Below are positions 19,563-28,971 of a DNA stretch of 64,000 nucleotides, in pieces (the stretch's first letter is position 1; each line of letters starts with the position of its first letter). The position numbers and the translations under genes were made by a program. Below the pieces are notes generated by a model. That model did not search any database, was not told where the DNA came from, and saw only the letters and a list, made by a program, of their open reading frames with translations. Source of the stretch: an uncultured virus (IMG/VR IMGVR_UViG_3300026549_001205) (lineage: Duplodnaviria > Heunggongvirae > Uroviricota > Caudoviricetes); IMG/VR virus record IMGVR_UViG_3300026549_001205. The stretch is one strand, 5' to 3'.

Positions 19563-20020
19563 TGTTTTACCTCCTGATGAAATGACTTGCCTGACAGACT
19601 GTATATCGCCGCAATCAAACTTCTCTCGGATTTGCCATCTGTTGCTTTTATCACAGCTTTGGCATTGTGCCTGTACTCCTTTGCGTAGTCGCTTTCCAGA
19701 GAATCACAGTAATCTTCTCCCTCCGGCGTGATGATATAAGAAAGCCCATTCTTATAACCGACAGCCTCAGCTGTTCCGTCCAATACCAGTTCCCTTAATG
19801 CATCCTGGACCAGCTCCCGCTGTGAAGCGAATTCGCTGAATTTCAGATCGTTATCGCCGTTCAGGTTTCGGTCAGACAAGCCAAATGATTCACTGTATAC
19901 CGTCATAAAGTCTACAGCGTAAAGCATATCCAGCGTTTGCGGCATATCGTATTCATTCAGCAACAGCAGAAGCCTGAGTGAATTCTCAAAAGTGGAATTA
20001 AACAATCTGTCCATCGTCAT
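19559..20020 (-). CDS. ABC-three-component middle component (MC2-like)
   Basis: FNSTFENSLRLLLLL..DF...Y...FG....NLNGDN..KFSE...R..V..AL..LV; overlaps both neighbours. Confidence 0.8.
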   Translation of the reverse strand: MTMDRLFNSTFENSLRLLLLLNEYDMPQTLDMLYAVDFMTVYSESFGLSDRNLNGDNDLKFSEFASQRELVQDALRELVLDGTAEAVGYKNGLSYIITPEGEDYCDSLESDYAKEYRHNAKAVIKATDGKSERSLIAAIYSLSGKSFHQEVKQ

Positions 20021-20978
20021 CTCTCACCCAGCCTTCCAATCTTCCATCATTTACAAGGAAATGACAGACGCCTTTTTTCTGCGGAACGCCGATCCAGTCT
20101 GTGTCCCGGAACAGCCAGCATCTGCTGGAATTGAGGTCGCCAGCTCTTCTCTGACAAGCTCTGAGACGGTCAAGCCCGCTTCTTGCCGGATCGTCATAGT
20201 CTTCCTTTATGAATTCATATGTCTCATCTTTCAAGACATTGAACTGATCTTCCTTCTCATATATATCCCGCGTACCGCGTCTCACTGCTTCCGCAGCAAA
20301 GTAATACTGCCGCTGCTCCGACAAGTGCTTTTTGTATCTGGGATATTCATCTATTTTTTCCAGGGGGAAAGCGTCCATTTTCTCCGCCTGGGCATAAGCT
20401 GCTGTCAGAGCCTTCGTATACTCTCGCTCTTCTCTGATAATAGAGTCCGGTATCTCTGTTTCCTCAAGAGGATGCCTCTTATATTCTTCGAGTTCCTGGT
20501 TAATCCTTTCCTTTGCTTCAGGAGTCAGGACATTGTCCCTGGTCAGAGAATACAGATAAACTTGACCAAGGAATTCGTTGAACGTTTCCTTTTTTCCAAG
20601 CTGTAACAACTCAGATCTCTTGCTGTCAGAGATCTTCTTATCTTCCTTAATGACTCCGCGAATATGAAAAATGATTTCCTCTTCCATATCCGGCATGAAA
20701 TGTACCGTCACATTTTTCCTGAAGAATTCCCCGATAGAATCTTTAACCTCCTGATCCTGGGAATGCCCTTTGATGACACGAAGTGCTCTGCCGCCGGCCT
20801 CCCTATTCATTATCTTGCTGGCGGCACCCTTCTGCACTTTATTCAGTTTTATCCCCAATGGGCCAGCAACTCCCCTGTAAAGGAGTTCGATAAGATCCGG
20901 ATCATTGATTTCATCAACGAACGCGTTCTTAATCTCTGCTGCCACTGTTGCTAAAACCAGCTCCTGCAAGCGCTTCAC
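19998..20978 (-). CDS. ABC-three-component first subunit (C-terminal CTD; N-terminal domain unassigned)
   Basis: C-terminal QRQYYFAAEAVRR..F..LKDE.Y..KKGVCHFLVND pattern; first gene of the triad. Confidence 0.72.
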   Translation of the reverse strand: MKRLQELVLATVAAEIKNAFVDEINDPDLIELLYRGVAGPLGIKLNKVQKGAASKIMNREAGGRALRVIKGHSQDQEVKDSIGEFFRKNVTVHFMPDMEEEIIFHIRGVIKEDKKISDSKRSELLQLGKKETFNEFLGQVYLYSLTRDNVLTPEAKERINQELEEYKRHPLEETEIPDSIIREEREYTKALTAAYAQAEKMDAFPLEKIDEYPRYKKHLSEQRQYYFAAEAVRRGTRDIYEKEDQFNVLKDETYEFIKEDYDDPARSGLDRLRACQRRAGDLNSSRCWLFRDTDWIGVPQKKGVCHFLVNDGRLEGWVRDDDGQIV

Positions 20979-21261
20979 CCCCGCTCCGTCAAAAAAAGAA
21001 ACTTTACGGTAATTTCATAGGAACCACTCCAAGTGCCAAAATACTGACTTTTTCAGCACCTTCCAGTAAAATATAGACGTAGGAAAGAACCATCTCCGGA
21101 CAAGTCAATACTCTGAATTTAAGTATATCAAAGTTCAAGAGATAAATAAATATAATATTTACATCCGCAAATATTTGTTTCGTCTGGTTCTTTCTTCAGA
21201 TTCCTGCTCCGGGCAGCAGGAAGACAACTTTATAACCTTTATTGCGTAATGCAGCCTGACC

Positions 21262-21407
21262 ATCGGTGGAAAGGATGCAAACCGAAACGGATTATCCGTT
21301 CGATTTGTATGCCTTCCACCGATTTTATTTTGCGTACAAATCTATAACGTCCAAACGACATAGTTCGGGTTTCTCCGTTTCGGCCCTGGGCCGAAGGAGG
21401 GCCCGAA
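21262..21407 (+). promoter_or_regulatory. Structured 5' leader: long hairpin with T tract, then an RBS-sequestering hairpin
   Basis: ATCGGTGGAA (21262) pairs with TTCCACCGAT (ending 21323), followed by TTTATTTT. TTCGGG..TTCGGCCC-T-GGGCCGAA..CCCGAA encloses AAGGAGG. Confidence 0.65.
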
Positions 21408-21410
21408 TTT

Positions 21411-22022
21411 ATGTCTCAGAGTAAACATTTCTCAAGTAACGACAATCAGAGTAAATACGGAAACAAGAAGCCGTACAACAACATCCCACCTGCAGCTGAC
21501 GAAGAGCTTGCGCCGATCCTGATGACGAAGGAAATGAAGAAGGACAAGTCCATCATCGCAGACAATGTGGAGACCTGGAACATTCAGGGGCACAAGATCC
21601 CCGTTGCCTTCGCTCCGATCAAGGCCGGTACTCTTGACAACTGGATGAAGTTCTTCAACGCCCAGGTCCGCACCTATATTGCTACAGGCGGAACCGATGA
21701 TTTTCTCAGTGAAAACGGGCATGGAGACGATCTGTCCTACGATAAGTTCGTGGAGGATGCCGAGTCTGATGAGGGCAGCAGTGGCTTCGAACCTGCCCAG
21801 ACTGAGACCATTGAGAACACAATCCTTCTTGGAATCGTCATCGAGGACCTGATCCAGGAAGCAGAGGAGATTGATCCCAAGTATGGCAGGATCATTGCCC
21901 TTCTCTCCAAGGATCGCACGAAAGGCGATATTCTGAAGGAGCTGCGGCTTGGTAAGAGTCAGGGCTACGAAGACATCAAGGCAGCACAGGCGCTGGCCTA
22001 CAAACTGTATCATCGTGACTGA
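21411..22022 (+). CDS. Putative sigma-70 region-4-like DNA-binding protein
   Basis: Strong RBS; C-terminal HTH-like segment (KGDILKELRLGKSQGYEDIK); layout parallels 61418..61903. Confidence 0.55.
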   Translation: MSQSKHFSSNDNQSKYGNKKPYNNIPPAADEELAPILMTKEMKKDKSIIADNVETWNIQGHKIPVAFAPIKAGTLDNWMKFFNAQVRTYIATGGTDDFLSENGHGDDLSYDKFVEDAESDEGSSGFEPAQTETIENTILLGIVIEDLIQEAEEIDPKYGRIIALLSKDRTKGDILKELRLGKSQGYEDIKAAQALAYKLYHRD

Positions 22023-22049
22023 GCGATAAACTTGTTCATAGCATAATTT

Positions 22050-22081
22050 GAGGGGAGTGCATGCCCGGATGCACTCCCCTC
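22050..22081. terminator. Hairpin terminator between converging genes
   Basis: Perfect 13-bp stem GAGGGGAGTGCAT / ATGCACTCCCCTC. Confidence 0.8.
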
Positions 22082-22108
22082 TCTTACTGTCTGTCGATAT
22101 TCTTTTGT

Positions 22109-22369
22109 TTATCTCTTTGCTGATCTTCCGTACCGGTTCTTTGGCTCTGCAACCATAGTCACCTCCGGCTTTGTATCTTCTTCAACCTCTCTGGGCGTGA
22201 TGACGATCTGTCCATCAGAGCACTTCACCGTCACCGGCGTTTCTTCTGAGAAGCCAAATTCCCGGAGCCAGGCGCCCTTAAGCTGAATCTGCGGAACAGC
22301 CTGATACCGATACCCGCTCACTTCACAAACCTTGAGTTCCCTTACGTCTTTCCTTGTCTTAGTTGCCAT
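22109..22369 (-). CDS. SymE-family (AbrB-fold) toxin-like protein
   Basis: PQIQLKGAWLREFGF....PVTV.C.DGQIVIT signature; AAGGAGG RBS before ATG 22369. Confidence 0.8.
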   Translation of the reverse strand: MATKTRKDVRELKVCEVSGYRYQAVPQIQLKGAWLREFGFSEETPVTVKCSDGQIVITPREVEEDTKPEVTMVAEPKNRYGRSAKR

Positions 22370-22439
22370 GTTGTTGTCCTCCTTTTCAATCGTTGTCTTG
22401 AACACGTGTATCTATTCAAACTCCGATTGATCATGAGGC

Positions 22440-22648
22440 TTACTTGCCGGCTGGCTTGTCAGAAGTCTTCCTGTCTCCCACGATGCGGTGATAGTCATCC
22501 ATCTCCACATCCAAAGTGATATAGGATTCCTTCTTCTTTTGGGTGTTGCTCAAGAGGCACACAGTCTCCACGTGGCACGAGACCTTAAAGCCGATTTTTT
22601 CACATTTGGTAGTAAGCGGAAACAAGTCTGTTATCAGTTTTAAGGTCT
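22440..22648 (-). pseudogene. 3'-end remnant of a 23S rRNA m5U methyltransferase (RlmD/RumA-like); probable att site
   Basis: In frame DLFPLT...HVETVCLLS resembles the RlmD C-terminal DMFP.T.HVE motif. A 14/16 inverted repeat (22580-22595 / 22633-22648) is centred at 22614. Confidence 0.65.
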
Positions 22649-22659
22649 GGCTTTAGCAC

Positions 22660-24015
22660 TTAATCTGCGTCTTCCCCAGAACCTTTTTCATCCGTATTCT
22701 CCTTGTCGGAAGTCTCAGAATCAGTCTCAGACTCATCGCCAATGGGCTCCGGCCGTTCAGGCGGTAAGTAATAGACCTTTCCATCCTTCGAAATAAGCTG
22801 CACATCTTCTGCATACAATTCCGAGTTGTCCTGCAGATGTGCCGATCCTCCTGACTCTGTCTGAACGATGATCATTGATGCAAAATCCTGGCTAATTGCC
22901 TTGTAGTTCTGGTCATCATCTATCAATCCAGGGATGAAATGAACTACTCCATCAAATCCGCTTCTCTTTCGCCTGGATTCATCGGTGTCTATATTCAATC
23001 TCTTTACAGTGCTATTATGCCAATCAGAAAGCTTAGTCTGTGCATCCTGCACCTGTTTGGTATATGTCGGCAGGAGCGCATTACACTGTTCTCTGGATAC
23101 TGCGCCCAGGTGTAAAGCGTATCTAAGATCAGATATCTTATATAGAACATCGAGCAATGCTTTCTGGTACATATACCAGTTCTGGGCTTCAGCTACTTCT
23201 TGCTCATAACCTGAATAATCCAAGTCTGCTTTCTTCGCATAACCGGCTAATGTGAGGTTTGCCTGTCCAAGCAGCTTCGTGCATTCTTCCTCAAGACTAT
23301 CAAGCTGTGCGATCTTTGCCATACGCAGCTCATCGTTTTCCAGTATCTCTTCCTGGAAGTCTGCGATAGTTTTTACATGAGAAATTAAAGAGAATACTCT
23401 GCTCCGGTATTCATTATCCTGAAAATCAGCTATCTTGGATATTCCATCACTGATATCTCCAAGCTGGGAATTTATCTGGGTCATGTAATACTGGCCAACA
23501 ACCATTGCTGCGACACTCATCGCTGCTGCAGCAGTATTGGCTACGGCAGCTGCACCAGTTTGTGCTTCTACTGGCACCCAGTTTGCCTGGCCCTGAATAT
23601 TCTTAGCATTACGATAAAAGCCTCTGTAAGCTCCCTCGAGCTCCCTCGAATTTACAAGTTTTGCATTAGCTGGCAGAATAGCGCGATATAACACCTGTCC
23701 GTTAGCCTTTGCCGCCTGGACCGCATTATTAGCAGCATTTCCTGCTTGAGCAAAACCCGGGATCACATTATTTACACGAGCCAGAATTTTACTATCTTTG
23801 ATCTCCACCAAATGATCTTCAGGCACCGACTCTGCCGGAAGCATCTCCATCTGAATACTAAGCTCCTGGGAAGCCTGCTGCCCTTGCACTGGCGAACTTT
23901 TCTTGCTCTCAACCAGTTCAGCATTTTTTTCTTTCTTTTTTCTTCCTTTAAATATAATCATCACTGCCACTGTGACTGCAACAGCCGTACAAATAGCAAT
24001 CACCAGATATTCCAT
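22660..24015 (-). CDS. Hypothetical protein with N-terminal membrane anchor
   Basis: 451-aa ORF; hydrophobic residues 3-22 followed by KGRKKK; internal Ala-rich helix; visibly AT-richer than the phage core. Confidence 0.8.
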   Translation of the reverse strand: MEYLVIAICTAVAVTVAVMIIFKGRKKKEKNAELVESKKSSPVQGQQASQELSIQMEMLPAESVPEDHLVEIKDSKILARVNNVIPGFAQAGNAANNAVQAAKANGQVLYRAILPANAKLVNSRELEGAYRGFYRNAKNIQGQANWVPVEAQTGAAAVANTAAAAMSVAAMVVGQYYMTQINSQLGDISDGISKIADFQDNEYRSRVFSLISHVKTIADFQEEILENDELRMAKIAQLDSLEEECTKLLGQANLTLAGYAKKADLDYSGYEQEVAEAQNWYMYQKALLDVLYKISDLRYALHLGAVSREQCNALLPTYTKQVQDAQTKLSDWHNSTVKRLNIDTDESRRKRSGFDGVVHFIPGLIDDDQNYKAISQDFASMIIVQTESGGSAHLQDNSELYAEDVQLISKDGKVYYLPPERPEPIGDESETDSETSDKENTDEKGSGEDAD

Positions 24016-24104
24016 GATCCGTCGCTTCCTTCATATCAAAAATATGACGATAAACATTAACCCAATATAGTTCAATAATACCAGCATTGCAAAGCTCAAA
24101 ACAC

Positions 24105-24137
24105 AAAAATAATCGGCTACCCCGTACAGAGTAGCCG
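24105..24137 (-). terminator. Terminator after the recombinase operon
   Basis: CGGCTAC...GTAGCCG stem with a T-rich tail on the minus strand. Confidence 0.55.
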
Positions 24138-24154
24138 TGCAGCAGTTTCCATAT

Positions 24155-25723
24155 TCAGATTTCAAGCTCCACCGATGTTCCAGAGATGAATTCGAAGATT
24201 AGGCTCTTTCGGTTAACCGTGATGGTTTTGATGAGCTTCCGGACCAGGGAGTCGTCATACTCAAGCTCGCTGGCATCATGGGTGTTGAAGAAATCCTGAA
24301 TCTCCAGGATATGCCGTTTTTGCTCGTCCTCAGCTGCCTTGGTATCCAGTGTCTGGCTTTGTTTTGCCTTGATGGCCCGGATCTCATCAGCCAACTCGTC
24401 ATAGTCGCGACCCTGATTAACACACTCGACCAGTTCAGCTTGAAGCTTCTTCAGCTTCTCTTCGTAGCCTTTGAGTTCAGCTTCCGTTCCTCCCCCGACA
24501 ACCTCATCCACGTTCCTGCGAAACTGATCTATTACTGGATCCTTTAAATCGTAAGCCTGCCGAATGGCTTCGAGGACCAGCGCATGCAGCTTCTCTTCAT
24601 GAAGAGTTGGTGCGAAGCATGGATCTCCTCCCTTCACGACTCGGTTCCTGCAGCGCCAGACTGGTTCCTTCTTTCCACGGTTATTCCAGACAACTCTTCT
24701 AAAGGGTGAACCGCACTCTCCACAGACCAGGGCTGAGGCAAGTGCGTACTTACCGCGGTAGCCTGCCTTTTGTTCAAGGGAGTTCTTTTTGCGGGCACGC
24801 TTGGCAATCTCTGCCTGGACCTCGTGGTAGTATTCCCTCGACACGATCGGCTCATGGCTATTCTGAACATAGTACTGCGGAACCGTACCGTCGTTCTCGA
24901 CACGCTTTTTTGTGAGCACATCTTCCGTGTAAGTCTTTTGCAAAAGGGCATCACCCATGTACTTCTCGTTCTTCAAGATCTGGAGAATATTGGAATCCCA
25001 CCATTTTGTACTGCCGGCTCCATTCGGAATCCCATCCGCCATTAGTCCCTCGGCGATTGCCTTGCAGCTCTTGCCCTCCAGGTACTCTCTGTAGATTCGC
25101 TTTACCGTCTCCGCCTGTTCCGGGTCAATGACCAGGTTGCCATCCTTGTCCTTGGTGTACCCCAGGAACCAGTTGTGATTGATCTGGACCTTACCCCTTT
25201 GGTAGCGGAACTGAAGTCCCAGCTTCACATTCTTGGATAAGGATTCACTTTCCTGCTGTGCCAGTGAAGCCATGATGGTGATCAGGACTTCTCCCTTGGA
25301 GTCCATCGTGTTGATGTTCTCCTTCTCGAAGATCACCGGGATGTTCTTTGCCTTCAGCTGCCGGATGTATTTCAGGCAGTCGATCGTGTTCCTGGCAAAT
25401 CTTGAAATTGACTTTGTAACCACCAGATCGATCTTGCCTGCCATGCAGTCATCAATCATCCGGAGGAACTCTTCACGCTTCTTGGTCCCGGTACCGGAAA
25501 TACCATCGTCGGCATAGATTCCTGCGAAAGTCCAGTCGGGATTTTCCTTAATATATTCTGTGTAGTGGTCGACCTGCTCATCATAACTGGTTGCCTGCTC
25601 ATCTGTGTCTGTTGAAACTCGGCAATATGCGGCAACCCGGAGCTTCTTGACCTTCTCAGCCGCTGCTTTATTTCCAACTCGTTTCTTTGGTGGGAAGTAG
25701 ATAACTGTTTTCTCTGCCATCAT
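24155..25723 (-). CDS. Large serine recombinase
   Basis: [29 protein letters not shown], recombinase domain, CGECG..WRC zinc ribbon. Confidence 0.95.
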   Translation of the reverse strand: MMAEKTVIYFPPKKRVGNKAAAEKVKKLRVAAYCRVSTDTDEQATSYDEQVDHYTEYIKENPDWTFAGIYADDGISGTGTKKREEFLRMIDDCMAGKIDLVVTKSISRFARNTIDCLKYIRQLKAKNIPVIFEKENINTMDSKGEVLITIMASLAQQESESLSKNVKLGLQFRYQRGKVQINHNWFLGYTKDKDGNLVIDPEQAETVKRIYREYLEGKSCKAIAEGLMADGIPNGAGSTKWWDSNILQILKNEKYMGDALLQKTYTEDVLTKKRVENDGTVPQYYVQNSHEPIVSREYYHEVQAEIAKRARKKNSLEQKAGYRGKYALASALVCGECGSPFRRVVWNNRGKKEPVWRCRNRVVKGGDPCFAPTLHEEKLHALVLEAIRQAYDLKDPVIDQFRRNVDEVVGGGTEAELKGYEEKLKKLQAELVECVNQGRDYDELADEIRAIKAKQSQTLDTKAAEDEQKRHILEIQDFFNTHDASELEYDDSLVRKLIKTITVNRKSLIFEFISGTSVELEI

Positions 25724-26133
25724 GAATCACCTTTTTCCTTGATCAACTGGTAAACGTACTGTGCCTGTGCGAAGGGATCCTTCAAATGCTTCTTCACAGG
25801 CTTCAATGTGAACTGCGTCTGCACGATAGCATCCTTTCGTTTACGCTGTGGTTTAGCATAGGCTTCCTTCCGTTTCTGTCTGGCTTCCTGCACCTGGTCG
25901 AACAGTTTCTGGTCGATCAACGGTGGGTAGAACTCTGTACCCAGGTACTTTCGATCCTTCAGAATGTTATCGATGCCAGCATGGTAGCGGTGGATCTCAA
26001 GATCCCGTATGATCCCGGCAAGGGAGCTTCCAGCAGCGTACATCTGAAAAGCATCTCTCACATTCTTGCCCTCTACCTGGTCGATGACAGCCATGCCGTT
26101 TATCACCTTGTACCCGTATGGAATGCTTCTCAT
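25720..26133 (-). CDS. Small recombinase-domain protein
   Basis: IPYGY....[21 protein letters not shown]; lies between the two large serine recombinases. Confidence 0.8.
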   Translation of the reverse strand: MRSIPYGYKVINGMAVIDQVEGKNVRDAFQMYAAGSSLAGIIRDLEIHRYHAGIDNILKDRKYLGTEFYPPLIDQKLFDQVQEARQKRKEAYAKPQRKRKDAIVQTQFTLKPVKKHLKDPFAQAQYVYQLIKEKGDS

Positions 26134-27692
26134 CGGTCCACTTCCTCTCGAAAAACAAGCCCGCAGGTGAACTCAAATCCAAGCTCCGTGCGGGAATAAA
26201 CATATACAGCCTTTATGAATTCTGTGAAGAACTCCTCGTCGAAGTCCTCAGTTATTCGCATCCCTCTGATTTTTTTCAGGAGTTTTCCACCTTCTGAAAT
26301 TCCGTGGTGGTTCTGCTGCAGCTGCACACCCAAGACTACCTTCCGGCTATTGAGGTCAGCTCGCTCTGCAGAAAGCTCCGCTTGGGCTTTTCTGAAAACC
26401 AACGGATCGAGAAGTTTATCTGAAGCCAGGATCGCCATCTTCTGCGATTTCTCTGTATTTTCCTCCAGCTTCTTATTGATCTTTTCAATCTCGTCACCGA
26501 CATCGCTCTGGTTGATTCCTTGAATTTCCTGAACGAAAGGAACCAGCAGTTCATTCTGGCTGAAGATCAGCTTGTTGGTGACCGTGGTAAATGCCGCTCG
26601 GATGGCACCGTCCTCGATGGAAATGAAAGAGCACTTGGTCTTATCCTGGATGTGCGTTTGGCAGACCCAGACGATCAGTGGGCCTTCCACTCTTCCCTGG
26701 ATGATCTTCCGTTTCAGGTGACCACCACATTCCCCGCAGATTAACTTTCCCGAGAACACGTAACGGTTCTGGTACTTATTGGTATCTTTCCCAATTCCTC
26801 TCTCCGCTCGGTGCTGTGCGATCAGTTCCTGCACCCGGTCGAACTCTTCTCTCGGAACAATGGCTTCATGGTGATTCTGATGCAGGTACATGCCTCGCTC
26901 GCCATGATTCGCATGACGCACAAAGTTCTCGTCAGCATATGTTTTCTGATAAAGTGCATCGCCGACGTAGCGCTCATTCTGCAGCATCTGCTTGATAGTT
27001 CCTGAATGCCACCGGTCTCGCAGCATAGATGGGATTCCCTTTTCGTTTAGCTCTTTGGCGATCTTATGTGTTCCAATCCCGCGGTAGGCTTCATCGAAGA
27101 TAAACCGGACCACCTTCGCTTCGTTATCATTAATCACAAGTGTGGTCCCTTCCTGCCGGTAACCGTAAGGCGCCATGCCCTGCCTGAAGGTTCCTTTTTC
27201 AAATCGCTTCTGAATGCTCCACTTCTCGTTTTCAGAAATAGAAATGGATTCATTTTCTGCAAGGCTTCCCAGCACCGTCAGAATGAACTCATCTTCCATC
27301 GTGAGTGTGTTAATGTTTTCTCGCTCGAAGAATATCCCCACTCCATAGCTTGATAGTGCCCGGACCATCTCCAGGCAGTCAGTCGTATTTCTCGAGAATC
27401 TGGAGATGGACTTAGTCAGAACCAGGTCGATCTTACCTTCCCGGCAATCCTCCAGGAGCCGGAGCAGCTCCGGTCGTTTGTCTTTCTTGGTGCCGGTGAT
27501 GCCCTCATCGTAGTATATGCCAACATAAGTCCACTCCCGGTTTCTTCTAATCAGCTGATCGTAATGCTTCCTCTGAGCATCCAGGCTTTCTAACTGTTCA
27601 TCCGTACTGGTTGAAACCCGGCAATATGCTGCGACCCTGAGCTTGCAATCGGTTTTCTGCTTTTTTGCTTCAATCTTTGTTATCGTTGTCAA
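26130..27692 (-). CDS. Large serine recombinase
   Basis: [36 protein letters not shown] zinc ribbon. Confidence 0.95.
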   Translation of the reverse strand: MTTITKIEAKKQKTDCKLRVAAYCRVSTSTDEQLESLDAQRKHYDQLIRRNREWTYVGIYYDEGITGTKKDKRPELLRLLEDCREGKIDLVLTKSISRFSRNTTDCLEMVRALSSYGVGIFFERENINTLTMEDEFILTVLGSLAENESISISENEKWSIQKRFEKGTFRQGMAPYGYRQEGTTLVINDNEAKVVRFIFDEAYRGIGTHKIAKELNEKGIPSMLRDRWHSGTIKQMLQNERYVGDALYQKTYADENFVRHANHGERGMYLHQNHHEAIVPREEFDRVQELIAQHRAERGIGKDTNKYQNRYVFSGKLICGECGGHLKRKIIQGRVEGPLIVWVCQTHIQDKTKCSFISIEDGAIRAAFTTVTNKLIFSQNELLVPFVQEIQGINQSDVGDEIEKINKKLEENTEKSQKMAILASDKLLDPLVFRKAQAELSAERADLNSRKVVLGVQLQQNHHGISEGGKLLKKIRGMRITEDFDEEFFTEFIKAVYVYSRTELGFEFTCGLVFREEVDR

Positions 27693-27744
27693 GGTCTCGT
27701 CCTCCTTTCATTAGGTGACATGTTGGCTCTACTTCCCACTTATA

Positions 27745-27990
27745 TCAACGATTACTTGGCATTAATCCGGCCAGATGCGGAGAGAAAGTTTCGCGGTTTT
27801 TCTGGTCAATTTTGTGATATTGGTCCAATGTAATCAGGTCCTGATCCAGCATTTCCTTGAGCAGCTTGGAGGCAACAATATAACCATATTCACTGCGAAG
27901 GTCTTCATCTGTGACAGTCCGCTCCTGATACTCATCCTCACCTGGAAGATGTCCCTTTACCTGTGTTATGGATTTCTCTTCCCCGTTCAT
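27745..27990 (-). CDS. Small SHOCT-like protein of the recombinase module
   Basis: LLKEMLDQDLITLDQYHKID..NRETFSP; immediately upstream of the recombinases. Confidence 0.7.
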   Translation of the reverse strand: MNGEEKSITQVKGHLPGEDEYQERTVTDEDLRSEYGYIVASKLLKEMLDQDLITLDQYHKIDQKNRETFSPHLAGLMPSNR

Positions 27991-28002
27991 AAGACTCACA
28001 CT

Positions 28003-28044
28003 CCTTCCAAAACACACAGGACAAATTCCCGCTTACTGAGCAAA
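28003..28044 (-). promoter_or_regulatory. Bipartite phage promoter motif, copy 1 (before the recombinase operon)
   Basis: TTTGCTCAGT-N11-TGTCCTGTGTGTTTTGGAAGG; both blocks identical at 56809 and 61363. Confidence 0.8.
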
Positions 28045-28051
28045 GGAGCAT

Positions 28052-28084
28052 AAAAAATGGCCCATGGGATTTTCCCCATGAGCC
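28052..28084 (-). terminator. Intrinsic terminator
   Basis: GGCCCATGGG/CCCATGAGCC stem with a T tract on the minus strand. Confidence 0.6.
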
Positions 28085-28097
28085 GCAACTTCTCATA

Positions 28098-28856
28098 TTA
28101 CATATTCAATAGCTTCTTTTTCTGAGCATCAAACTCTTCCTGAGTAAGAGCGCCACAATCCAATAGTTCCTTCAGTTTCTTGATTTCATCCGCAACGAAG
28201 TGCCCACCACTACCCTTCTCAGGCTCGGTTTTTCCTTTTACTGTTGAATTTTTCTCTATAGGTTTACTCACTGCCATATTTGGCAATACTGTCTTTTCTT
28301 CTGGCTCTGATACTTCCTCAGAAGGCTTCGCATCGGCAGGCTGTTCTTCCGTAAACTCAGCTTCATCCTTGGGGATCAATCGATCGTGCTCATCAAGATC
28401 CTCTGGCTTTCTATTAGGAAGTCTTACAGGAACCTTATCATGATATTTTTTCCACTGTTCCGGATCACTGCTATCATATGGGTCTGAATACAGAAATGCA
28501 GTAACGGCATCCGGATGATTCTTTTCTTTGAATTTATCGAAAAAAGTCCAGTATTCCTTCACTGATAATAAGCCTTCCTGGAACATCTTTCTGAATATCT
28601 GCATCGCCATCCCAAAGACAATATCACCCTGAATATTGAACTTTGCACGATACGCTTTCTCCTCTTCCTCCGTCCAAGTACTACTATGCTCATCCGGCTT
28701 CGACGGTTCTGACGTTGGTGCTTCTTTTTCTTCCTGAAGCGGTTTATGAAAACGGTCCGCTATGTAGCATGCATGAGAACAGTATTTTCTATCCTTCGCG
28801 CTGGTCTCAAACTCTTTTCCACAGAAGGCACATTTGTACTTTGTCATCCAATCCAC
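28098..28856 (-). CDS. Zn-finger + SHOCT-domain protein
   Basis: N-terminal CAFCG..YCSHACY; C-terminal ADEIKKLKELLDCGALTQEEFDAQKKKLL. Confidence 0.75.
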   Translation of the reverse strand: MDWMTKYKCAFCGKEFETSAKDRKYCSHACYIADRFHKPLQEEKEAPTSEPSKPDEHSSTWTEEEEKAYRAKFNIQGDIVFGMAMQIFRKMFQEGLLSVKEYWTFFDKFKEKNHPDAVTAFLYSDPYDSSDPEQWKKYHDKVPVRLPNRKPEDLDEHDRLIPKDEAEFTEEQPADAKPSEEVSEPEEKTVLPNMAVSKPIEKNSTVKGKTEPEKGSGGHFVADEIKKLKELLDCGALTQEEFDAQKKKLLNM

Positions 28857-28971
28857 ATCCTTCCACTGATTTTGTCTTCACTGTATCAAAGATGTTCATC
28901 GGATTCCATAAATTAAAAATAAGGTCCGAAGAGCTCAATTGTGAACTCTAACGGACCTTGACTTGCACTGC

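Larger units (their letters stand above)
1..22614 (-). mobile_element. Degenerate prophage-derived element / defence island (left end outside the window)
   Basis: Holds a lysin, holin, truncated tail gene, truncated phage DNA polymerase, sigma-like gene and ABC ATPase, most with paralogs in the right-hand prophage. The right boundary is inferred from the rlmD-like att remnant. Confidence 0.65.
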
